NCBI RefSeq assembly: GCF_018350175.1
Contig: NC_058368.1
Coordinates: 206,586,001-206,650,000 of the forward strand
Reading direction: 5' to 3'
From: Felis catus
Taxonomy: Eukaryota
Length of the DNA: 64,000 nt
Shown here: positions 50,230 to 61,839 of the stretch, in pieces
Layout of the letters: each line of letters opens with the position of its first letter
Numbering within the stretch: the first letter of the stretch is position 1
Notes under the pieces: generated by a model
The model's input: the letters and a program-made list of their open reading frames with translations, nothing else
Database searches by the model: none
What the model was told of the DNA's origin: nothing
Position numbers and translations under genes: made by a program

Positions 50230-50535
50230 GCCTGGCAGGTGGAGTGGTCCTTCCTGTGCACTTCACCTGTGCACTCAGGGAGCACGAGTGACTCACCTTG
50301 AAAGAATTGCCTGTGGGAAGTTGGTCGGATTCCTCTTCCTGGCAAGGCGGAGCCACATTCTTTTCCTTTTAGAGCAATGGCAGTGCTCTACCTGGTTGTG
50401 ACGTCACACAGCACCCAGGATGCCCTTCCTCAGGGCTGTGAGTGCCGCTCAAGTGTTAGTGGCCACACAGGCTTCTTCACACTTCCACAGCCAGTTGGCA
50501 TTCCAGAGGCATGGCGTTCGAACTGACTCAGTTCT
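50230..50535. promoter_or_regulatory. Candidate enhancer with AP-1, CRE, ETS and E-box motifs
   Basis: TGACTCA at 50289 and 50524, TGACGTCA at 50399, CTTCC(T/A) sites, CAGGTG/CACCTG; GC-richer sequence with no recognisable repeat. Confidence 0.4.
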
Positions 50536-51790
50536 AAGTCACCAGAGGCACGATTACACAGTGGAAATTTGGTTTCCAAAGGGAATTACTGATGTTACAA
50601 TGCCTGGCTAAAATACAGTGTTTGCAACATATAAAAATAGTCTCTTGACTCGTAGATAAGTTTCATTTTTTCCCTTATGCTTTTAATAACAGAAAATAGT
50701 TTCTCCACACCTCTTTGGGAAAAGACTGTAAACCTTTTTATTTATTTTTTTATTTTCTGTTGAGATTTAGTGCTAAGTGTGAAGTAACCAATGGATTTGT
50801 TAACTATGTATCTTAATCTTCACAAAGAGCTTGTGTGTAGACAGATGGAAAGATGAAGTAATTCAGTGGTTACTTTCAGAGGAGGGCAAAATTAAAAAAA
50901 AAGCAGAAGTGAACAACAATTTCATAATATTCTTTGCAATCTGCTTCACTGCTCTTTTTTTTTAATCTCAGCTGCCTTCTCATCATGCCAGGCTTTTGAC
51001 AAAATTGAGACGATATAAGAGTGGAATGCGTATTCTATGTTTGTTTTACAGGAAGACTTAAATGAGAAACAGTGGCATTGACCAAATAAATAAGCTTGAT
51101 TCTTGTCAGGCAACGGTTGCCCAGGTGTGGCAGCAGGACAGGCCTAGTGTGGGTAACACCACTGGCTGACATGACCCCTGTCTTTGTTAACCTCACTCTC
51201 CTGGAGTTGTGTCACCGCGTTTTCTGGTTGAAGGGTATATACTTGTAAGCACATGTAATTTGTTGTTATTGTTAATTTTAAGCTATTTCTGTCTTAAATC
51301 TGAAAAGGGGTCAGTGGGGGAGGGGAGCTCAGTGCCATATAATCACTGAAACGTAGTGAATGCGCCATGGTTGCCATAGGGAGGCTTGTCCATGATTATG
51401 ATGAAAATAACTACTTAATATATGAAAACTATATTAGGAAGTGGGAAAGGGTAGGTGAGTTTTGCTCTAATTTACTCAGTGAATTTGGCAGGTTTGGAAA
51501 TAGGCCATTGCTCCAGACTTCCTCATGGTTTAGTGTGGATGTCTTTGCTTTATGAGCTTCTGATAAAAATTGCCTGATGCGTCTCTAATGATTAGAAGAT
51601 GATAATTCTGCCCCAGTGCCTTTGGCTCTGATAACCACAGTTTAGCCACTCATCTAGGGGAAACACCTCTGCTCTGATTCCTTGGGTAAGTGTGAAATTT
51701 TGTCACCATGTCATGCTGATCTACTGTATTTAATCAGTGAAAATAAAAGTCTTGTTATCCAGTGGTGAGGTAGCTTCAAGAATGGGTACT

Positions 51791-51892
51791 GGGGACACCT
51801 GGCCGGTTCAATCAGTAGAGTGTTCAACTTTTGATCTTGGGGTCGTGAATTTGAGCCCCGCGCTGGGCGTAGAGTTTACTTATTAAAAAAAA
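51791..51892 (+). mobile_element. Short tRNA-like carnivore SINE lacking the CT tract (SINEC_old-like)
   Basis: ggggacacctggccggttcaatcagtagag...tttgagccccgcgctgggcgtagagtttactt plus A tail; TSD aagaatggg...ct. Confidence 0.85.
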
Positions 51893-52647
51893 GAATGGGG
51901 TGCTGTACGAAGGGCTGGTGGTTATATGGGCTGGTGGTTATGTCAGGGAAACAGAAAATGAAAATAAAGGGAACCCTGTACAATCACAAAGCAGGAAGGT
52001 CAGCACACTGGTTACAAAGGGTGTCAGGAGAGGAGAAACACAGACTAAATTGATACAAGGGCTGAAAATGAAAATGCTGGTAGTGTTTAGCAGAAAAGTT
52101 ACAGTAAAGGATGTCTTATTTGAAATTGCGCTGCCTCTATACTTTATCTCATTCATCCCCCTGGTAATCCTTCACGACACATTGCACAGATGCGCTTCCC
52201 ATAATTAGGTGAGGAAGGTGAGGCCTGAGATACTTAGTGACAGAACTGACTCTCTGGCTCACGCAGAGAACCAGAACTTTGATTTTGATTTTTCTTTGAA
52301 AGCTCCTCTGGGACCCCTTCTGGCTGTGTGCTTGTTATGTGTAGTTGTTAGCGTTTGTGAGCATTTCACAACCATTTGCAAGAAAGCACTCTATCTAGGA
52401 GGAGAGCTGTGATGTGCAACGTCTGTCCCTGTCCTTTAAAAAAGGGACAATCGACCAACTTCTGATTTAGGTCTTAGGTGTCTTTCATCTAAAATTTTCA
52501 GTTCACAGCGTTCATTTTGAAGTAAAATAGGCAAGATTGCTTCATGTAAGTACTCTGCAATTTAACTGCTTTGTGAATTCGTCCTCTGGATCTATTGATG
52601 TCTTTTTAACCCTTTGGTGTCTGGCAACCACAGTCATTTAAAAAAAT

Positions 52648-52856
52648 ATTTTTTGTTTAAAAAAATTTTTTTTAAGTTTATTTATTTTTGAGAGAGAGAG
52701 AGAGGGGGGGGGGACAGAGAGAGAGGGAGACACAGAACTTAGGCTCCAGGCTCTAAGCTGTCAGCACAGAGCCTGATGCAGGGCTTGAACTACAAACCGT
52801 GAGATCATGACCTGAGCTGGTGGGAGGCTCAACCGACTGAGCCACCCAGGTGCCCC
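52648..52856 (-). mobile_element. Can-SINE
   Basis: Reverse SINEC with an internal deletion. Confidence 0.93.
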
Positions 52857-55204
52857 AAAATATATTTCTTTTATTAATAAAATAGTTACCATTACTTACT
52901 AGTCAGTTTTAAAGATATTTTACAGGTGATAAAGAACCCTCATGGTTTCTTGTTGAAGCAGATAAGTTGGAAAGAAGATCACGTGTGTTTAAGCTGAAAT
53001 TAATCTGTAATCAAGTGAGAGAAAAATAGACAATATTATGTTCAAGTGTTTGAAGTGCATGTCATTGTTTGCTAAGAAAATATAAATATTTTTGAAGCTT
53101 TTGTAAAATGGTTTGATCTCTAGATTGTACATTTTTATTACAAACATTTTTTTCTCTGGTTATTAGTAGTGGGGGAGATGTTTATAAGGCTAAATGTACA
53201 GAGATTCAACCACATTGGAAAAATAAAGACAAGAACAAATAGCAAGAAATCCTTAGCACATGCTGACTCGCTTGGACACAGTCTGCCCAGTTGACCTGTG
53301 ACATTCACCATGGGTCATCCCCCTTCAGTCAGCCTTCAAGGTAAAAACTGTATCCCATTTCCCATTCTCTTGTCGGCACAGGTGTATTTTAAATCGACTG
53401 ATGCTTTCAGCCTGATGTTTTCAGCACCTGTAGGGATAATAAAATCTGGAGGTTTACCACCCTCAAACTAAAGCAGTATTTTATAATTGGATTGAAGGGT
53501 TTATTTGATTGTATTCTCTAAGCAGCTAAGTCTGAATCTAACCTGGTTATGGAGCTCATGGGTCTGGTTCTCTGAGGGAAGTACAAGAGGACCATCCAGC
53601 AGGTTGTGACTCCCAGGTAAGAAATTTACTGATGTCATCCACTGTCTGTGTGTAGCTGTGACCACCACTGGGGAGTCTTTATGTGGTAGTTACAATTCGA
53701 GTACATAGATGGCCTGCTAAGGTTGTTTTGTCATGGATATTTTATGTAAACATAATGAACATAATATCTGATACCTGGTCCACGTAATGTTCTTCCCATG
53801 GCCACACCTTCCAGGACTCTGATATAGCACAGCTTTAGAAAGATATAGTTGCCAGAGTAGGTCTTTAAGTGACTCATTCTATTTGCTCATGTTTGAGGAT
53901 AATAAAGTTCAAAGAATTTTCAAGTAGGAGAAATTTGTTGATTGTAAAGTGATGAAGAAAAATAATTTATTGTATTGGAAGTCCCAAATCTTTGCTTCTC
54001 AAATATTTTTGTAGGCTGTGTTGCATATAGTATCAATTCAGTCTCATGTTTTACATGAATTGCCAGGAGGGAGGGAGCTACTTGACTGGGAAATATTTGC
54101 TGTGAGTCATTCATGGTGTTGGGAGTGGTATAGAGGTGCTGTTCTGTATGATGAACCTGGTGTTGGGAGATAGAGTTTTGAGTATTCTGTTCTGGGTGCC
54201 CCATATTCCATTTCACAGTGCAGAGTTTCCCCAAATTAACAAAATTATAAAGGATCACTTGGGGTACTTTTTACATTTGTGGGCCTCCCCCAGACAGCTG
54301 AATCAGAATTCCCATTGGTATGATCTGGGAATATGTATTTTTTACAAGAACCTTAGATTATTCTTCTGATCATGCAAATTTAGGAACTTCTACATTGGTG
54401 GCTACTGTAAGAATCCTCTTGGCTCTTGAAGTTACTTGGCTCTTTAAAAACACCTTCATCATATTTTAATCCTTCTGAATACATCTATCCCAGTTTGTTC
54501 TTAAAGAGGGGGCAGAGCAAATATTGCTACCTTCATTTTACAGATATGATGTCAACTTACCTGAGTCAACAACTCTTAAGGTTTAGGTGATAAGAAGAGC
54601 AATCAAAGCTTTTGGAATGGTGAGGGCTGGTTAGCAGCTCCCCCATAGCTGCATGTCTAGGAGTAATGAGAACATGTCAGATAATAGTCTGTGACATACA
54701 TGGACATCTGTTAGACATTTATTAGAGAAGCAGGCACAAAATATAATTCTAATGAAGCACCAGTGCACTATTATTTGAGGTTTCTTAACCGCACTTCATA
54801 AGGCAAATTCTCATTGAAGCACACATGGCAACATTTAAAGTTGGATTCCGTGTCCTCCTGAACTGTTGGCTAGACACTGACTGATGAGTGACAAGGGCAT
54901 CGGTGTTGTCTCTAAGGAACTTGGGGTGTAGGCTTCAGTGGGTTCTTATATCCCATTCAGGCAATGGTGGAGAGTATTTCTAAAACATTTTAGCCAATCC
55001 ACATTTTTTGAACACTATTAATTTCAACAGTCGGATTGCCTAGTTCTAATAGTATGTATGCTAATTAAAAAGTCAATAGAAAACCCCTTTATGATTTTTC
55101 AAACTGTGTTGTTTCTGTGCCTGGACCACCTTTATTTTATTTTACTGGGTAAGTCCTATTCATTCTTTAACACCATCTCTTCTGGGAAGTATTTCCTGGT
55201 TCTG

Positions 55205-55372
55205 TAGGACTTTGCTGCTCAAAGTCTAGTCCATGGACCAGCATCATTGCCATGGGGGCTTGTTAGAAATGCAGATTATCAGTCCCACTCAAGACATGAT
55301 GACTCAGAATCTTCATTTTGACAAGGTTTCTGGTGATTTGCAAACACAATAAAGTTTGAGAAACACTATGCT
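55205..55372. mobile_element. MER5A-like element within an L2 remnant
   Basis: gctgctcaaagtctagtccatggaccagcatc...cttgttagaaatgcaga...aaagtttgagaaacact. Confidence 0.8.
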
Positions 55373-55634
55373 AGATATTAGGTGCTCCTCATTTGTGCCT
55401 CCTAGTATACCATAAAAGTGTGATCGTGGTTCTGTCAGAACACTTACCACACAAATACATAACTAATATATTTTTGCCTATTCTTCTAGGTTGGTCCCAT
55501 GTCTTACTCATTTCTGCACTGCTATAACCTGGAATATATTGGCTGCTTCATTCATGTTGCCCATGACAAAACTAGTTGTTTAAATCTAAATGGAGGTTTC
55601 TCAGACTTCCAGCTGTCTTATGTGTCCTCACACC

Positions 55635-55692
55635 CTCAAAGTCAGAATGAGTAGAAGACATTCAAACTCAAAGTCAGAATGAGTAGAAGACA
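55635..55692. repeat. Perfect 26-bp direct repeat with a 6-bp spacer
   Basis: ctcaaagtcagaatgagtagaagaca at 55635-55660 and 55667-55692; spacer ttcaaa. Confidence 0.95.
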
Positions 55693-56763
55693 GATACTGG
55701 CCAGATTTCTAGGGCTATTGGTGAGAAAGAAGTGGTTCTTGGACAGAGGAACCATAGCATAGTGGTCTGATGGGAAATTCATGAGGGGTGGATTTGGTCT
55801 CTAGATATGTGAATGGTCATAGGGAGAGTCACTTTAGGTGACCAGGTGTGCCAGGGGTTCTGAATACGTTTCTATTCCAACACAGGTGAGGGATTAGGCA
55901 GACTTCCAGCAGTAAGAACAACTAATTATAACAGAAGTTTTCTTTGGGACTCCTCCCTTAACTATATAAATCTGCTACAACTCACACCCTATCTTTTTTT
56001 TTTTTTTTTTTTTAGACTCACTGAGATAAATGGTAGGTTCAATGTCTGGTGTTTTGAGTGGGGAAAGAGAGCACTGAGAGCTAATACGTACCAAGAGCAC
56101 ATCCTGAGATCGGAATCAAGTGTTTGGAATGGGTGGATAGATTCAGATATTTAATCTGGCACGTTAGGTCTAGGTGTCTAGAAAATAGTAGAGGGTAGCA
56201 AAGAGCTGAGGTCCTATCAGAGTGAGGGCTGGTCTAAATCCAGGGCTCCAGGCACTTAACAACTGGACAGTACTTGTTCTGCATCTTTCTCTCTCAACCA
56301 AGTCTCTTTTGGGGTGGGCACTGTTAACTAAGGTGTAATGGTGGCTAAAAGTGGAAGGAGGGTTTCAGGTTACCATGGAAGTACAAACCAGTTTAGTAAT
56401 GACCCAGAATCCAGTGAATAGAGGGAGAATAATATCCAACCTATATTTAAGAAGAAAATGTTTTTCTTCGTTTAGGCGGTTCTTAGGGGCAGTGAACACC
56501 AATCTGGGGTGGGAGTAGGGAGTAATATTTACAGAGGGGAAGGGATTTCAGAGCTAGTCCAAGCTTTTCGCCTAAGGCGGGGGATTTAAAATAGAATACC
56601 TAGGGAAGCCAGCAGGTGATGTGCAAACTGAAGCTGGGATGGAGGAGATGGTGATGTAATGAAGAACAAGTGCCCTGGTTAAAGGGTCAGCTTTAACTGG
56701 TAGTGTCATGTGGGTATCTGGACCCGAAATTTTGCAAATACAGAAACAAGCATCTATCTTTTT

Positions 56764-56993
56764 ATTTTTTATTTTTTAAATTTATTTTATTTAAAAATTT
56801 TTTTAATGTTTATTTCTGAGACAGAGCATGAGTGGCGGAGGGGCAGAGTGAGAGGGAGACACAGAATCAGAAGCAGGCTGCGGGCTCTGAGCTGTCAGCA
56901 CAGAGTCCGATGTGGGGCTTGAACTCACAAACTGCGAGATCATGACCTGAGCTGAAGTCAGTTGCTCAACCGACTGAGCTACACAGGCGCCCC
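56764..56993 (-). mobile_element. Can-SINE
   Basis: TSD aagcatct(a/g)tcttttt. Confidence 0.96.
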
Positions 56994-57156
56994 AAGCATC
57001 TGTCTTTTTAAGTGAAACATCCCCATTTTCGGCAACTAATTTCCAAGGTGGAGTCAGTTTCATGGGTGCCAGTTTGTGATATCTAGCCTCAGAAAACTTT
57101 TTGCCTACAAGTACTTCAGGTTTCTTGTCTCCTGGGTACTTTGGGGTCTCTTCGTG

Positions 57157-57200
<44 letters not shown>

Positions 57201-57395
57201 ATGTTTATTTTTTTTTGAGAGACAGAAGGCAAGTGGGGAAAGGACATAGAGAGAGGGAGACACAGAATCTGAAGCAGGCTCCAGGCTCTGAGCTGTCAGC
57301 ACAGAGCCTGACACGGGGCTCAAACTCATGGACCGCGAGATCATGACCTGAGCCGAAGTTGGGACGCTTAACTGACTGAGCCACCCGGGTACCCC
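57157..57395 (-). mobile_element. Can-SINE with (TATC)n tail microsatellite (57157-57200)
   Basis: Reverse SINEC; the tail position is occupied by a TAGA tetranucleotide repeat. Confidence 0.94.
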
Positions 57396-57408
57396 TAAAA
57401 TTTGCTAT

Positions 57409-57630
57409 CTTTTTTTTTTTTTTTTTTAACGTTTATTTATTTTTGAGACAGAGAGAGACAGAGCATGAACAGGGGAGGGGCAGAGAGAGAGGGAGACACA
57501 GAATCTGAAGTAGGCTCCAGGCTCTGAGCCATCAGCCCAGAGCCCGACGCGGGGCTCGAACTCACAGACCGCGAGATCGTGACCTGAGCCGAAGTCAGAC
57601 GCTTAACTGACTGAGCCACCCAGGTGCCCC
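57409..57630 (-). mobile_element. Young Can-SINE directly upstream (minus strand) of the previous SINE
   Basis: Reverse SINEC_Fc, long T run, 13-bp linker to the neighbouring SINE. Confidence 0.96.
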
Positions 57631-58819
57631 TCTCTGTGTCTTTTTAAATATCACAAAGACTGGGGTAGAAACCAAAGGGAAACAAGAAGCTGGTTAGATA
57701 GGGCTTGTCTTTGAAATGAAATCAATTAATCACCTCCTTCTAACCACTTTCTAACTCACCAAAATAAAAAGCAAGCAAGCATAAGTGAAACCAAATGAAA
57801 GGCAAAAATAACTGCCCCAAACCTCAACTTCTCCCTCAGAGTCTCCAAGGATAGCATCAGTCACCTACTAAGTTATTCAACTAAAAAATCTGGCAGTGTT
57901 TTTTGACTCTTTTTTTTTTTTTTTACCTCAATCTTCACATCTTATGATGATTCAGGGCCAATAAATTTCACCTTTTAAACCTCCGCAGTTCATCTCCTTC
58001 CCTCTCCATCCCGGTCACCATTGTTTTACATCAGATTCTATTGTCTTTTACCTGGATTATTCTAAAAGCTTCCTTATTGGCTGGCATTCCTAACTGATTT
58101 CATGAGGAAACAACACAAACAGACTCTACGTTTTTTTACAGGACTAGGTCTTGGCAAGGGTCTGTGTCTGAACCTACAGTTACGGGTCAGCAGATCGTCT
58201 TCACCTGGGGGGTGAGTGTTGCAAGAGGCCAGAATATTTTCAGCCATGGGTGGGTCTGCTGGAGTCATTCCCAGTTCCGGAATTAGAACAATGTACCACA
58301 CAGGTCAGTGCTGTCTGGGAAATCTCTTTTTCCCCTTCCAAGTTTAATGTGTTAGCACTTACATATATCCATGTTTTTATGAAAGTAGGGTCATTAATTA
58401 GGCAAATTTCTGAAAAATGTGCAATAGTGAGATAAAGTGGATCAAACGGTGATTGTTTTGTACCATGTGTCTGACCAATCCCAGGCGCTGACTTCAATGT
58501 CCATTCCTTAACTGGGTTTCAGGCTCATAGATCAAATAATTCATTTTAGATAGAACCTGAATCTGGGGAGGAAGTGATCTTCTCATGGTTGGGTCATCCT
58601 CTGGCCTCTAAGGTTAATCTGGCCTTGAGGCCTGTATGTTTCAGGACTGATCTAGAGATGTCCCAGCAGGACACAATCACTGACACTAATTTTTCTAATG
58701 CTAACTTGAAGGAGAATGAATGATTATAAAAGTACTAACTAGAGTTTATAAATGAGTTAAAAACCAATAAAGGACTCAGATTGGGAAATGTCTACCAGCT
58801 TGTTTTTAGCTAAAAGGCC

Positions 58820-59050
58820 CAATAGTTAGACTGCCTGGATTATACAGCAACAGGTTATACTAGTTACTTACTACCTATGAGATCTCAGAAAAGCTACCTA
58901 TCCATAATAAGCCTTAATCCTCTCATTTGTACAATAGGGAAGACATCACCTTTCCCAAATTTTGTGATGAGGATTAAACAGGAAGGCACATAAATCTCTT
59001 AGCAAAGTAGCCAACAAATAATAGACAGTCAATGATTTATAACATCATTA
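58820..59050 (+). mobile_element. MIR
   Basis: agttagactgcctggatt...ttactacctatgagatctcagaaaag...tcctctcatttgtacaatagggaag...ttgtgatgaggattaaa. Confidence 0.75.
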
Positions 59051-59997
59051 TACTTCTCAGTGAAAGTTTATCCTTCCTCTACCTGTATCAATATAAAATC
59101 ATCTTAAGCAAACTCCTAAAAATCCAAATCCATATATTTGGAGGAATCTCAGAAGGATAAAATGTTCTTAGTAACTGTTGGAAGTATAATACATTCTCAT
59201 GGTTCAAAATTTAAAAAGCAAAAAAGCTAAAAGCCTATGTATTAATCATCTTTCTCAGCTAGGTAACCAGAGTTACTGATTTCTTGAATATCCCACCAGA
59301 GAGAACTGATGCATCTACAAGCAGAAGCAAACAGACATGTTTTTCCTAATTGCTTTTCAAAGTGTTTTTGAATCTGAACTTTCCATCTACACTAATATGA
59401 TGAATTATTATTTTCATAAGGAACTAGATGGTGCTATTTTGATACAAATATGTCTATTGTAATTTTTCTAAGATCATATCTAATACTTGTCTTAACATCT
59501 AGGCTATAGCACTGTGGGACATATTTTATGGCTCTAGTATTTGTGCCAAACATTACCTTGTTGTATATTGAATTTATATGGCAGTTGAATATGGTTAGGC
59601 CCAGATGATAAAGAATTTGCTGCGCTTAATTAAATTAAATTAAATGCAAATATATTTTCCTTATAAAGAATATTCTGCCCTTTGCAAGACATAGGAAGCC
59701 TGAAATTAGCTCTGGTATTCTCAGTGAGTTTCAAAAAGAGGTCGCTGAAATAAGGCAGTAAAATAATGTGGTGGGAGTGCAGTTCTGAAAGGAGTTTTTA
59801 GGAATATTCTTCCTTCTTTGTTCACTGTCGGTATTGACTATTGAGAGGTGATGGCAAACTGTATCAAGGGCAGCTTCCCAAAAAAAAAAAGTGTTAGGAA
59901 TATGGGAAAGCCCACCTGTTCCTTTTAATACACCACCCACAGGGCCACGTTCATGCTGCAAGCACACTTTGCTATAGGAACGTGAAGTCTTGGCAAC

Positions 59998-60325
59998 TGT
60001 AATGAATTATATGGGTGCCCCATGCAGAACCCCATCACCAGCCGGTGCACTACTCCACTCCTGCACTGGGTTCTGTAAGTGCTGCGGCTAAGGCTTGCTG
60101 CCCCTGCTTCTGGAGAGGAGCTCTCGATCCAACCGGAGCCATATCCTAAAAGGTGATAGCCCCAGCCCCAGGGAGCAGTCCTCAGCCAATGATAGACTGA
60201 AATAGGTATTCTTACAGCCAGTTCCCATGCCTGAGGGTGGAATAACTCTGTGAACTGCCCAGATGCGAGTGCTCCCTGTGGAGTCTCACTGAAGCTGGAC
60301 TGCCACTGAGAACTCGTCCTTGTGT
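59998..60325 (+). mobile_element. ERVL LTR16-family fragment
   Basis: tgta...gggtgcccc...gccggtgcac...cttctggagag...cagccaatga...ctccctgtgg...ctgaagctggact matches the recalled LTR16 consensus. Confidence 0.75.
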
Positions 60326-60587
60326 GGAAGTGAAGAGGAGCCACTGGAGAGCAGGGGGGCAATGTTAGGGACTTCACGTAGAAGGGGATGGTTCGTCAAC
60401 AATTACAGCAATGCTTTCCTGAGCAAAAGTGAAAGGAAGCTCCCTGTCCATTCTGCTTCTACCTTAGCCTTCCTAAGTCTGACACAGTGAACCAGTTTTC
60501 AAGTTGATCCTCTTAGATCCCACCTCATGAGCAATGTTTGTTCTGCACTCAGAATTGCTAAAGTTGCTCCTTGTACCATTAGAATCT

Positions 60588-60811
60588 TTAAAAAAATTTT
60601 TTTAAGTTTATTTATTTATTTTGGGAGAGACAGAGACAGCATGAGCAGGGGAGGGGTAGAGAGAGAGGGAGAGAATCCCAAGCAGGCAAGCAGGCTCAGC
60701 ACTGACAGTGCAGAGCCTGACGCAGGACCCAAACTCAAAAAACTGCGAGATGGTGACCTGAGCCTAAATCAAGAATCAGACTCTTAACCGACTGAGCCAC
60801 CCAGGCACCCC
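60588..60811 (-). mobile_element. Can-SINE
   Basis: TSD taccattagaatct. Confidence 0.96.
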
Positions 60812-61567
60812 ATACCATTAGAATCTCGATGATATGTCCTGCTTATACATGACTCAGGGTCAATGACAGAGCTAAAATACCAGGTTTTCTCCTTCATCTA
60901 AAATTCAACTACAGGAATTGAAAGAAGGGGCTACCAGCTGCATTAGGCAGGTAGGAACACCTGTTTTCTACCTATTCTCTCTTCTTTTAGGGTCCTCACT
61001 TTCCTATTTACAGACTGGGTTTGCAAGTTTTAGTCTAGTGCTATTTTTATGCTTTTTTTTTTTTTTAAAGCAGTAACTTCCACAACAGTGGTAAGGAGGT
61101 AAAGGGAAATGGGGTTTAAGTGACTTGGTGAAGTTAGCATAATCTGGCATAGCTTTAGGAACAGCCTATTTCCTGACTCTTCGAATGTGCAGTCAACTCT
61201 AGACCCTAAAAGAGGGTTGATCAATATTTTTGGCATTTACTAAAACCTTGGAAAACAGAAAAAAAAGGCCTTCAATATGACATAACAGAGTGATCTATCA
61301 GCTGAGAATGAATAGAGAGTCATATGATCACATGTTAAAGAAACTCAGCTCACCTTCTTAAGCCTTATAATTTTGAAGAGAAGAAAACTTGCTTATAATT
61401 GCATAGCTGTGTAGGGACATGCTAAGTTAGAGTGCAAATCTGTTGATAATGTAATTTGCTTCCCCGGGAGCACTGCAGACTAGATGTCCTGAAAACCTCT
61501 CCACACAGAAAATTCAGGAGTATCTTTAAAAATATAATTGCTGAGTTAATAGAAGAAAACCATTTGC

Positions 61568-61781
61568 GTGGCATGTGGGTGGCTCAGATGGTTAAATGTT
61601 AGACTCTTGGTTTTGGCTGAGGTCATGATCTCACAGTTCATGGGTTCAAGCCCCGGGTCGGGCTTTGTGCTGACAGTGGGGAGCCTGCTTGGGATTCTCT
61701 CTCTCCCTCTTGCTCTGCCCCTCCCCTACTCTCTCTCTCTCTCTCTCTCTCTCAAAATAAATAAATAAATAAACTTAAAAA
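61568..61781 (+). mobile_element. Can-SINE
   Basis: TSD gaaaa(c/t)catt(t/c)gc. Confidence 0.94.
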
Positions 61782-61839
61782 GGAAAATCATTCGCATAAC
61801 TGTAAACCAACAATGTATAGTTATAAAACAATTAGTTTA

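Noticed and set aside
51791..51892. Bona fide tRNA gene
   Set aside because: Degenerate A/B boxes, an A tail and a TSD indicate a retroposed SINE.
53527..53622. Isolated strong splice-site matches (CAG|GTAAGA at about 53616; also about 21350 minus, 38827, 44533, 51686)
   Set aside because: Expected by chance in 64 kb, with no convincing paired site or recognisable peptide.
55635..55692. CRISPR-like repeat-spacer
   Set aside because: Only two units, a 6-bp spacer, mammalian context and no cas genes.
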